From: Eledone cirrhosa
Lineage: Eukaryota
NCBI GenBank assembly: GCA_964016885.1
Contig: OZ024746.1
Coordinates: 71,982,001-72,046,000 of the forward strand
Direction: 5' to 3'
Length of the DNA stretch: 64,000 bases
The notes under the pieces were generated by a model. The model saw only the letters and a list, made by a program, of their open reading frames with translations. It made no database searches and was not told the DNA's origin. Both the position numbers and the translations under genes were made by a program. Positions 1 to 64,000 of the stretch are shown here, piece by piece (position 1 is the first letter of the stretch; each line of letters begins with the position of its first letter).

Positions 1-125
1 AATAATGTTCAGATCAGTAGTTTCTGATTCAGCTGTTAAATACTGCAGGCGAAAGCGGCTCAGTGGGGCACCGGGTGGAAGAAGGAGCCCAAGGTTCAAT
101 CAAGAGGTGAAAGATGCCATCCATT
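1..125 (+). mobile_element. Probable RTE-type LINE fragment
   Basis: Translates to ...GGRRSPRFNQEVKDAI, resembling the PWWNxEVKEAI motif between APE and RT. Confidence 0.35.
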
Positions 126-2534
126 CTTAATAAGCGGAAATATTATGAGAAAATATTTGAAATAACGGAACATATTGCAAGTATAGTAAAAATAAAATAG
201 CTCTTAACCCAGTGCAGTAGTTTTTCATGGACTCTAATGCAAGATAGCTTTAACAACAGGATGCAATGTCTGGCTCTGTCAAAGCTCTTGCTAAAGTCAA
301 GGTATATGATAACTGTGTTTCATCACCTCCCTATAATAAAATATATCTATAGGAGATTGTTACCCTCTTCTGAGTCAGTTATTCTGGATTTCACCACTCT
401 TTCAAATACTTTGATGATATGAAAGGTAAGTAAAATTGGATAGTGATTTACTGCAAGTGAATTGTTTCTCCTTTTTGAAAACTGGGATGACAGATTAGGA
501 TGGAACAGCAGTTCCCAACTTAGGGTCCACCAACTAAATTCAAAATTTGGAGCATTTAATTATAAACATATGTACACACAATTGGGTATCCACATTTCTA
601 AGCACAAATATTTCCCTTTCAATTGCTATTATAACAATCTTCGACGGGAGTAATTATAGAGATGACATTCATTTAAATAAAATGGTTCCTTCGTATTGAA
701 AAGATTATGAACCACTGGAATAGAAAAATGTTCTGATGTATAGTCTGTGTCTGGCCATTTTCACCATAAATAGCGAGAGGCGATATATGTTAGTGTTAGC
801 ATTCCTTCAGGATACTAGCGGGGTATAGATCGGTGCCTATTAGAGAGTAATGTTGCTATGGCGTCTGCTTTGCCAAAAGTTATGTCAGAGATGTAATGAG
901 GTTGACTTCCTTGGTACCACCCCAGTTAACTTCAGTGTAAGTCCCCGAACAATATGGTTTCTGTTGAATCTCAGCTATTTCTTGAACATCTTTGTGGAGA
1001 AAAATGTTGTTCCCATCAGCCAGTGGGCCAAATGGATGGAACAATAACGATCCTATGTTCATTAACAAATTAGAACACGTTTTTCTATTTTTAAGTAAGA
1101 CATGGCCTGAGTCAGTACTGGGTAGCGCATTGTGTCCTTTGTTTCATATTGCTCCAGTTCAATCAGCTGGAGAAAATTAATTGAGTCGACACAGCAGCCA
1201 AACTGTATCAACCTTTGTCTTTGCATTGGACTCCATCGATGGTGTTAAGAAAGGAGACAGGCATGTATGGGAGACTACTAGTACACTAGACACCTTATCT
1301 AGGCGAGCAACCTACATAAGGACTTTCCAGTTGAAAACTTATGGTCGGCCTTGATCGAAGCAGGCGTTTCATCCAATGAACCAGTGATATAAATTAAGAA
1401 AAAAATAAATAAATAAATAAAACGTAAAGATGGCGGAGGAAAAATGAAAACCAGACGTTGGTGAGGAGGGGTGCAAACGATAGGCCACAATGGAAATGCT
1501 TCTCATGGGACCACGCAAAGTATAACAGGGGGAAATGGTAATTGTCTTAAGATAGTTGTTGTAAAACATGAAATATAATCTGTACATGTTTTCTAAATAT
1601 ATTTCAGATGCAGCCATCTTCTTATTTCCACCAACTGCGGCAGCTGACAAAGAAACGGCTGAAATAAGCACCGAGATTTCATCTTTATTTTAATTATCAG
1701 CAGCATCAGCTCTAGCAAGAGCAACAGCAGCAGCAATAGCAGCCGGCACTAGCCCCTCATTCCAATTGCAACGGCAAAAAAAGCAACAACAGCAGCAGCA
1801 GTAAAAGGAGGGCAATCAAATTAATGATAAAGTCGAAGAGGACACAACCTTGATGGTCAAATAGCAATAGCAAACCAGCATTATTGAAACACCGACAAAA
1901 TGGAACAGTGTTCTATAGATAAGAAATAATAGTTACAACTCTGAAGAAGGGAACGGCCATAGCAAGCGCGGTGATACGAGAGAGACAAATACATTAATTA
2001 CAGCAAATCAACGACGACAGCAGTAGCAACAATACCAACAATTGAAACATTGATCCCTCCTTCCCCCCCCTCCAAAAAAACAAAAACATTACCAGCTCCG
2101 ACCACGCCGGCTGCTACAGCAATGCATCGATATTAAAAACCACCAGCAGTAGTTGCAAGTTTGGGGGTCATGCGTTGCAACCGTGAGAGCAACTATAGCA
2201 ACAAGAGTAATATTAGCTACATCATCAACAGGCACATCAACAACACCACCAACACAGCAACAGTGGTAACAACACTAACAACGGCAATAGCAGTACTGTC
2301 TACATAGTAGGAACATTATCAAGAGTCATATTAGCACTGGTGGAAATTCAAGGACAGCAGTTGCAACAGTAATAGCAAGAACAGCTTTTGCAGCACCATC
2401 TACATAATAGGAACATTATCAATACATTTCAAGGCATTATCAACAAATTTCAAGGCAGGCGGTAGCTAAAAGAAGCTACCATTGCAACATCAAGAGCAAC
2501 TATTAGGTAACAAGAGGAAGAAATAACAGATAAA

Positions 2535-55320
<52,786 letters not shown>

Positions 55321-55333
55321 GTGAGCATTGTTG

Positions 55334-55388
<55 letters not shown>

Positions 55389-55689
55389 AGTTACATTTAT
55401 CTTGCTTTATGTTCATACGAGTTATCACCAAGTCACAACCAGTGACCTCAAGAGACAACAAGGTCCGCCATGTTCAAGAAGGAACATACATACTCACACA
55501 TGCATCTTTAGTGTTTAGACTTGTGATGTACTTATATTGACAGAATCTTCCTTAGTATATGGGCAGTTCCCATTAGTACTATCTTTTGTATTTCTCCTAT
55601 ACGCGGGTTTCCTGGGATTTGCGATAAGTAATCATTAGACCCCTTAGGTATCATTCCCAGAGCGCCTACAACCACTGGTATTGTTTTAG

Positions 55690-55692
<3 letters not shown>
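55389..55692 (-). mobile_element. 5'-truncated R4/Dong-clade (RLE) non-LTR retrotransposon inserted in (TAA)n
   Basis: TKTIPVVVGALGMIPKG...IQKIVLMGTAHILRKILSI* (stop 55532-55534), 3' UTR, (TAA)n on both sides. Confidence 0.8.
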
Positions 55693-55725
<33 letters not shown>

Positions 55726-55726
55726 G

Positions 55727-58700
55727 GTTTGATCGGACGTCTTTTTGCTCGTTCCCGTAAGTCTCTTTATTTACCTGTAATAAATCATTTATTGTAAATT
55801 TGTGTTGTCGTGTAAGGGACATAAGCCCTTGGACTTTGCCCTGTGAAGAGGAAAGTATAATAATAAAAGGCCCAAATATTTGAACTTTATTTAAAATATA
55901 ATTTAAAAAAAAAAATATATGGCGGAGCCACGCCCCCAGCGTTGAGGCGAATAACGCTTCCCTCCCACAACAAATATGAAAACCAACACCACATTAAGCA
56001 GAATCGCCAACAGCAGCACCAACAACAGCAGCAACAACGACAACACCAACAATAACAGTGAAAATTCAAATATCAAGAAAAATGACAATACCAATAACAG
56101 CAGCACCAATGACAACAACATTGAAAATACAGATATGAACGAAAATGACAACACCAATAACAGTAGCAACAACGACAACAGCAACAACACCAACAGCAAC
56201 AACACCAACAAGAACAGCGACAACAACAACAACGACAACACCAACAGTACCAACGACAACAACAAGAACACTTTCGCTGCCGCAGCAGCCAAGAGAGGGC
56301 CATGCTTCATCATGGACTTGACAGACAAGGAGACAAAGTTGGCCCAGGCATGGAAGCTCATCAAACAGGTGTAAACCTGGGCCAACGTAACTGTCCCGGT
56401 AGAGGCAATGGAAGCGGTGGAGAGGAGAACTCTGGTCTTCAGATGCATCTCAACTGAGACGAAAAGAGCCACAAACTCCCCCAAAGCAGACGTCGAGGCT
56501 GCGCTGAGGTGCATCAGAGGAGATACAGAGTACGTAGCGAGGGGTCAACAATACGGTACCATCTCGGTGCTGTTTAAGTCGGAGGCCCTCGCTTTGAAGC
56601 AAACGATAACCCCTTGCAAAACCAGCAAGGTTCCCACATGGGAAAAAGAACGGTTAGAGTTCGCATTCCCGGGATTCCAGCTGGACTAGATATGTTGTAA
56701 CTCTCGGGATGCGTGATTGTGGAGGGGACATATGCCGTCCCAATAGAGGTAACCAGAACAGGAAGAGAGGACTGCTCCGGGGTTGATCTGGAGATACTTC
56801 TCCAGATCAAACCTGAAGAAATAAAGAAATCGCGGAGCAGATCCATCTCCAAAACGGGACAGCTTTACAAGTAATGGCTGAGGGCAAACGGCCGCACTGT
56901 TTCGGTTGTGGCGAAAAACACACTTGCGAGCCTTCTGCCCTCAGCTATTGAAAAAAGCAAGTGGTCAAAAGTTTCCACTGTTGCCAACGCCGGGACTTCA
57001 TCGTGAAATAACAACACCAACAACAAATTCTTCAGCAGCCACCCAGCAGAACCAACAACAACTGCAAAGACCACTCCAAAGAAGCTCTCCCGCCCTCCTC
57101 TCGAACACACACACACACACACACACATTGAAACACACACACCCATACACGCACTGCCACTTACATCTGAAACAAACACAGAAACCTTTTAATCACTAAG
57201 CGAAGATGAGGAGGAACACCAAAAAGCCAAAAAAAAAAAAAAAATAGAAAACACAAAAAATCTCACACACCAACACAAACAGCAAACAAAATAGACACAT
57301 TCACACCAAACACAGACACACATACTACAACACCCACCCCCGCAACAACACAACCGTCAACACAAACACCATCTCCACCAAAATACTACCACTAACACAA
57401 ACAACTAAAAGACAACACACACAGCAATAACTTACAACCACAACAACACCGTACTTCGTGTTAGTGAGGAAATCTAACACAAAAGTACTGAACCTCATAA
57501 CACGAAGCAAGGAAATAGAGAAAGAGGGGGAGGCGTTTAGCACTCGCACCTTCAAGGTGCCACAAACATTTTTGATGGTGCGAATGGCATTAAGCAATTA
57601 TAAAACAATTAGGGAGAGTTTCCCCAACGACGTGGGAACACCCAGTGTAAAAGCCTCAAGTAGGCTTTTAAAGGGGTTCCCAAAAGAAACCCCACCAACT
57701 ATGAAGGCCGAACCACCCGACCTTCACAAGATCCCGGGAGGTAAGTAAACCTTTCCTCTCTCTTTTAGCCTGCCAACATGTCCATATTAAGAGTAGGAAG
57801 TTTAAATGTCCGAGGCCTGGGATCGTCCTGGAAGCAGGGTCACCTGCTCAACGAACTCAGGTCTCTAGAAATGGGTGTAATTGTCGTCAGAGAGACCAGG
57901 ATTTCCGACACGCTCGCACTAGCCCCCATTTTCGACGACTATCAGATCTTCGCATCTGTTAGTCGACCGGGAATGGGAGGTGGAGTGACAGTGCTGTTTA
58001 GGAAAGGCCTGAATCTCGAGGTAAGGTCAATCTTCCGGGACTCGGACAGTAAAGTTGGTGGTCCTGGACGTGAACAATAGCGAAGATGGTGCCGTTAGAC
58101 TGCTGGCCGTCTACGCCCCTGTCGGGGCAGGACAGCCGGCTGGGTAGGTCTCGCTCTTTACTGTTAGCGGAGGACTGGAACGGCATCTTAGACGCACGCT
58201 GGTACAGTGTGGGAGTATCCGATAGGAGCGGGGTGTCCAAAAGCCTCAAGTACCTGATCAGCCAGTTCTAACTGTCTGACAGGTACCGACTAGATGTCTC
58301 TAATGCGCCAGTGTGGACCTGGACAAACCATTTAGAGACATCTAGATTGTACTTAGATAGGTTTCTAATTAGATTAGTGGATAAGGATAGTATAGGGTGT
58401 CCACAATTCCATACGGTCGCCTATTCAAACCACAAGTTTGTGATCTGTATGCTCGATCTAGATAAGACGCGCAGGTTAGGACCTGGTTACTGGAAGCACG
58501 TAAGGCTTACAGGGACTCGGTCAACAATTTAGTTAAGCAAAAGTTGACGGGGGGTATCGTCAACAACAGATGGTGGGGGATTCTCAAAAGAGAGATTAGA
58601 GTAATGTCGATAGGGTTTAGCAAAGAAGTAGCGTTAGAGAAAAATAGAAAGGAGAGGGAACTAGTAGACAAGTTAGACGAGGCTCTTTGTAGTGGCATTG

Positions 58701-61048
58701 CAACTGACGTGCTAGCGGCGAGAATGGCATTAGATCATTTCTTCAATGCGAAACACGAAGGTTGCATTGTCACAGCTAAGGCGCGTGCTCTGAGAAACGA
58801 GGGAACCAAAGCTGTTCGATGGGCCTGCGTAGCAGAGGCGCAGATTGGTAATAAAACCACAATTCGGTCTTTGACGGACTGAGGCGGACACGAGCTGAAA
58901 GATTCCAGGCGGATGTGTAAGGCCTTTCGCTAGCATTTTGCTTGGTGTTCGTGGGGAAGTGGCGGGTCAGAGATGGTGGCGGACTTCAGCCCCTACCACG
59001 ATGGCTTGCCGCAACTCTCGACGGCTTCGCTGAGCGCTACGAAAGGCCGATTACTTCAGCCGAAAGTCAGGATGCCCTTATCGGCTGCACGAGGCGCAAG
59101 TCACAGAGTTTAAGATTTTGGCCAAAGTGTTAGCGAAGAGGATTTGGTTGGGGAGGCGCAAATTGCGCAATCTTCCTTAGTATATGGGCAGGTCCATACA
59201 TGACAACCTCCACCTCATTCGATACATCATAGAGAGGGTAGGGTGTAAACCTGGCTTCAGTGGGGCTCTGATCAATTTAGATCAATCGAAAGCATTCGAT
59301 AGGGTACCTGGAGGCTGTCCTCAAGGCAGCTGGCTTCGGCCCCGTCTTCAGAAGCTGGATCGCTGCAATGCACAGCGGCATCTGCTCGGTGGTCAAAGTT
59401 AATGGCCACCTCTCGAAACCGTTTCAAATGTCCCGATCGGTCCGTCAAGGGTGCCATCTTTCCTCCCTTCTGTACGTATTGACTCTCGAGCCTTTAGTGC
59501 GGAAGCTGGAGCAATTGCAGGGCATCCCGCTCGAACCGGGACGCGGAAAGGCTGTGTTGGCTTATGCGGACGACATCACCGTGATGGTGTCGGACACCTC
59601 GGAAATCGAAGTGGTCGGCAACTTATTGGAGGAATATGAAAGGTTGACGGGAGCAAAACTTAACCCTGAAAAGTTGGTGGGCTTGCAAGTCGGCACCTGG
59701 AGAGGAAAATCCATGCCGTCCAAAGACGTCGTTGGGGCGCTGGACGGACGGACCGGTAAAGTTGCTCGGGATTAGGTTCGGACCAGACCTCCAGGTAGAT
59801 AAGTATTGGGACGAGGTGACGGGCAGGGTAGCCAGTCTCACCTACAAATGGGCTGCGAGGAAGCTATCACTGAAAGGTCGGTGGCGTACATCGCGTCCGT
59901 CATCTACTACCGCCTGACCGCCGTGCCTTGCCCCCGTTCGCGCCTCGCCAACTTGGAACGACTGCTCTTCAAATTCTTGTGGAGGGGACAGGTTACGTTG
60001 GTGAGACGGTCCATCGCTGCCAGCACCCTCTACGTGGAGGGCTAGACATGCCGTGGCTAATGATGTGCAGATATGCGCTGAGGCTGCGGCATCTCCAGAT
60101 ATTCTGCCTAAACGGTGAACAGGTGTGGTCGCCGTTTGTCCGCAGCTCGTCTCTTTGACTGAGCTGCAGTTCTGGATCAAGAAGAGACCAAGACTGGGTG
60201 ACTCACTGCCCTCTACCAGCCGGGCAATGGGATCAGTGGAACTTCCACTCTCGAGTTCTATAGAAGATTAGTGGTGGGAAAGTGCGACGACGCACTCGGA
60301 GATGCTCTGGGCGTCGACGAAGTCGAACTAACCAGTCAGTTCCAGAGGACTTTCAAGCCAGGGACGATAGATAACTTCCCAAAATCCCTCACTTGGCAGT
60401 GCTACCGGGGGCCCTGCCGGTTCGAGATAAACTCTACAGGCACGGAAATACTGTCAGACGGACCTGCACGCACTCGTCCAGTGTCCGTGCATTACTGTAG
60501 CGTGTAAAACGGATCCGGCTATCGGCCGAGTCCATAGTAAAGATCGACCCGCCGCCTTCTTTTGGCCAGGAAGAGCAGGCAATTTTCCTCTGTCTGGTAG
60601 CAGTAGCGAAAGAAGTTGTATGGTGGACCAGGCTGAAAGGACTGAAGAGAGACACTTTTCTCTTCGGCCAATCCCTCATTAACTTTTTCAAGTTCTACTT
60701 GGAAAGGAAGGTGAGGGTGGAGAGAGAAGTGCTGAACATTTGCTGAAAGGTGAATGAATGTGGCGTGAATGGCCCGTGTGAGTGAGCCTACTCTGATCAT
60801 GCGCCTGTAGGTGGGGGAATTTGAGGAGGAAAGTGGTGCCCTTCCCGGGTGCTCTCGAAGGGTCGGGTCGTTCAGGATCGGTGGGGTACCTGAGTGAACC
60901 ATGGGTGGTCATCCCCCCTATTGGGGTATTTTCCTTGTATTTTTATTGTTAATTTGTTATTGTTACTTATATTGTTTACACGTTGTATATGTAAACCCCC
61001 ACTGTCCTTGTTTTTTGTATTTTCCCCTATAAGCCGGCCCTTGTGGCC
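55727..61048 (+). mobile_element. Near full-length degenerate Tx1/L1-clade LINE (ORF1 with zinc knuckle; ORF2 APE-RT)
   Basis: MAEPRP start at 55919, N/T-rich tract, TFAAAAA, CFGCGEK.HL...CP; LRVGSLNVRGL, GRSIHDN, LDQSKAFDRV, SVRQGC.LS.LLY, AYADDIT; many frameshifts. Confidence 0.88.
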
Positions 61049-61049
61049 A

Positions 61050-61227
61050 AGCAGTATCGGTAGAGGGTTGGACGCCATGCTTTCTAGCATAGTTACGTCC
61101 CTTTACGGACTGAGTTCAAATCCCGTCGAGGTTAACTTTGCCTTTCATCCTTACAGGATCGATAAAATAAAGTACCAGTAATGTACTGAGTAATTGCTGG
61201 CCTTGTGCCAAAAGTAGAAACAATTAT
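61050..61227 (+). mobile_element. tRNA-derived SINE (5' clipped)
   Basis: Family core and tail. Confidence 0.85.
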
Positions 61228-61229
61228 TT

Positions 61230-63565
61230 GTCTGATCGGATGTCTTTTTGCTCGCTTCTGTAAGTCTCTTTATTTACCTGTCATAAATTATTTATTGTTA
61301 AATTTTTGTTGTCGTGTAAGGGACATAAGCCCTTGGACTTTGCCCTGTGAAGGGGAAAGTATAAAAGTTCAAATATTTGGGTCAAAAGGCCCAAATATTT
61401 GAACTTTTTACATTTAAACATTTAAAAATTATCGAAAAAAAACATGGCTGAGCCACGCCCGCCGTCTGCTGTCGTGTGACAACGACGTAAAAGTTGAGAG
61501 GAGGGTTACGGCGAACACAGAAATGTATCCAACAAACACCACCACAAACAACGTGAACAAAGTCAACAATGACAACAACACTGAGAACACTAATTTTGAA
61601 AAACATGACGACCCCAACCACAACAATAACAGCGACAACCAAAATACAGACAACAGAAAAAATGACAACAAATGCAACAACAATATGAACACCACTAACA
61701 ATAAAATAAATAGCGACAGCACTAACAGCAACAATACAAACTGCACCGAGAACAACAACGGCGGCACCAAAAACACAACCAACTGCAACAGTGATAACAG
61801 CAACAACTGGTAGCAACAGCAACACCAACCACACCATTTGTAACAGTTGCAACAGCAGCAAGACCAGTAGCAGCAGTAGCGGCGTCAACAATGATGCCAC
61901 TGAAAAAGGGACCACCTCTTTTGCAAAGGTGGTTCACAACATAGTAACAGTCCTGATCACAGAGGAGGAGATGGCGGTCACAAGACACATGGTAACCAGA
62001 ACTGAATTTTCAGTGTCCTTGAAACCACCAACCGACTTTCTAGAGGAACAAGAGCGACGCACAGAGTCATATCACACGATTGCCAGGAAATCGCGTCGTG
62101 TGGAGAGAGCCTCGGAGGCCCAAATAGAGAAGGCCTTGGGAACTGTGCGGGCACGGAAAACCCATATCATCTGTGGCAAGAAATATGCTACTGTGGACGT
62201 CCCTTTTGCTACCACCCAGGAAGCAAAATCGCACTCACTGAGGACCCTACGGAGTGATGACAACGTTAGTCCCGTTTTACTGCAGGAAAAAATTTGCAAA
62301 GGTCTGGGTAACCCAGGTTCCGCCCTACGTACCCATTCTTTGGCTGGTCGTGTCTGTTCTTGCGGGCATCGAAGATAGAACAACCATTCTGCAGGTACAT
62401 AGGTTGGGGAGAGAGGACTGGTCCGCTTTTGGAATGGAGATGCTCATCCAAACCGACCAGGACTGCATCAGCGCTATTCCCGACGTAATAGACCTCGGGA
62501 ATAGCTCCCAAAGTGCTTCAACTGTGGATCGAAGTCTCACCTCAAATCCTTCGGCCCAGAAAATAACAAAGGCGAAGGTCTCTCTTCCAATGCCGAAACA
62601 GTCAGAGCGCTTGGAGACTGGAATATCTTCAGGCGCTCACAGCCCTCAACCAGTCGGGCAATGTGATCGGTGGAAACTCCACCTTGGCGTTCTATAGAGG
62701 TTAAGTGGAGGGGAAGAACGACGACGTACTTGGGGAAACTCTAGGCGTCGACGAAAATCAACTAGCCAATCTCTTCGGAAGAACTTTCGGGCCGGGCCTA
62801 TGGACAACTTCCAGAAATCCCTGGCCTGGCAGTGCTACCGAGGAACTTTGCCAGTTCGGGATAAACTCTACAGACATGGAGGTGCCGTCAGGCGGGCATG
62901 TCCGAGATGCGCGCAGGGCGACGAAACCGTCCAGCATGCACTCGTCCAGTGTCCGAGCATTGCTGACTTGTGGGTTTATGTCGAACACCTGCTGTCGCGT
63001 GTAGGACGAATCCAGATATCAGCTGAGTCCATCGTGAGGATTGCCTCGCCCTCTTCCTTTAGCCGGGAAGAGCAGGCAATTTTTATCTGTCTGGTGGCCA
63101 TGGCGAAAGAGATAGTATGGTGGACGCGTCTGAAAGGGCTGAAGACGAGCACTTACCTCTTCGAGGATGCCCTGATTAACATTTTTCAAATTTCATTTAA
63201 AAAGGAAAATAAGGGTAGAGAGGGAAGTGCTCTCTTCCCAGCATTTTGTTGAAAGATGGGTGAGAGAAGCAAGTATGGCCCGAGTGAATGGGCCCACTCT
63301 GAGTACGTGTCTGTAAATTAAAGGTGGAAACTGGGAGAGGGCATTTGCCCTGGTGGTCAGGGTCACTGTGGCTTTTTAATAGGCTTTCTCCACGAATGTC
63401 CCTCGGAAGTCTCCCCCGTATTGGGGAATTTTTCATTGTTATTTTTTTTGTTACATCCTCTGTTTTTGTTTTTTACACGCAGGAATGCCCATTTGTACCG
63501 TCCTGTATTGTCCTGTACTGTCCTTAATGTCTACTTTATGTAAACCCTTGTGGTTAATAAAGAAA

Positions 63566-63566
<1 letters not shown>
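61230..63566 (+). mobile_element. Second Tx1-like LINE, internally deleted (ORF1 + ORF2 C-terminal zinc-binding region), (ATT)n tail
   Basis: Same upstream sequence and MAEPRP start (61444); KSLAWQCYRGTLPVRDKL..CPRC...ETVQHALVQCP. Confidence 0.85.
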
Positions 63567-63630
<64 letters not shown>

Positions 63631-63639
63631 TATCTCTGA

Positions 63640-64000
63640 ATGATACGCCACGCCAGTTTACGCTCCGTAAGTTTTGTTTGATGTTTTTTTTTGTTTTTTT
63701 TTGTTTTTTTCTGGGGGGTGGGGGTGGGGGGTTAAATATCTTGTTACAAAAGGGGCATAAGGCTTTGCCTTGAAGAAGGGAGTCCCCATAATATTTAGGC
63801 CCTGGACCCAAATATATGAACTTGTATATATGAATATATATGAACCCAAATATTTGAAATCGTACCATAAAATCTTTTTGTAAAAAATGGAGGTTACGCC
63901 CCTCCCCAAATCCAGGCAAAGCGGGCAAATTCTCCAAAAAGCTGGCCTCACGAAAGCGATTTGGACAGCGCTCTCAAGAAAAAAAAACAACAATGTCACC
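63640..64000 (+). mobile_element. Probable 5' end of a third, more diverged Tx1-like LINE
   Basis: aggggcataaggctttgccttgaagaaggg...cccaaatatttgaa...atggaggttacgccc parallels the two upstream copies. Confidence 0.45.

Noticed and set aside
200-1500. Decayed coding-like sequence upstream of the gene
   Set aside because: No diagnostic motif in any frame that I could assign; probably old TE debris
55391-55518. Candidate next exon after a 70-nt intron (LTFILLYVH...)
   Set aside because: It is the antisense 3' UTR of the R4/Dong insertion and runs into a stop

Overview
AT-rich, microsatellite-dense animal genomic DNA. The repeat landscape (Nin/Deu-core tRNA SINEs, RTE, Tx1, R4/Dong and Naiad-type Penelope elements, Helitrons) suggests a mollusc, probably an octopus; this is inference. 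A multi-exon gene runs on the + strand from about 2.5 kb to at least 55.3 kb. I reconstructed 23 GT-AG exons by hand (two tentative), with consistent phases, encoding DH-PH-C2-RhoGAP, the BCR/ABR architecture. The protein is very divergent: the RhoGAP arginine finger and the conserved K/R of LKxYxRELP are replaced, so it is probably a pseudo-GAP. Its 3' end is not in the window. The introns hold about 15 type-I hammerhead ribozyme motifs of several families (CUGANGA...GAAA...NUH, most with stems I-III), mostly beside (TA)n tracts and often within fold-back inverted repeats. One lies at the 3' end of a Penelope-like element. The window also has a 3.1-kb 69-bp hairpin satellite, a tandem array of Tx1-like LINEs, and an R4/Dong fragment inserted in (TAA)n. 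All comparisons with known proteins are from memory, not from database searches.
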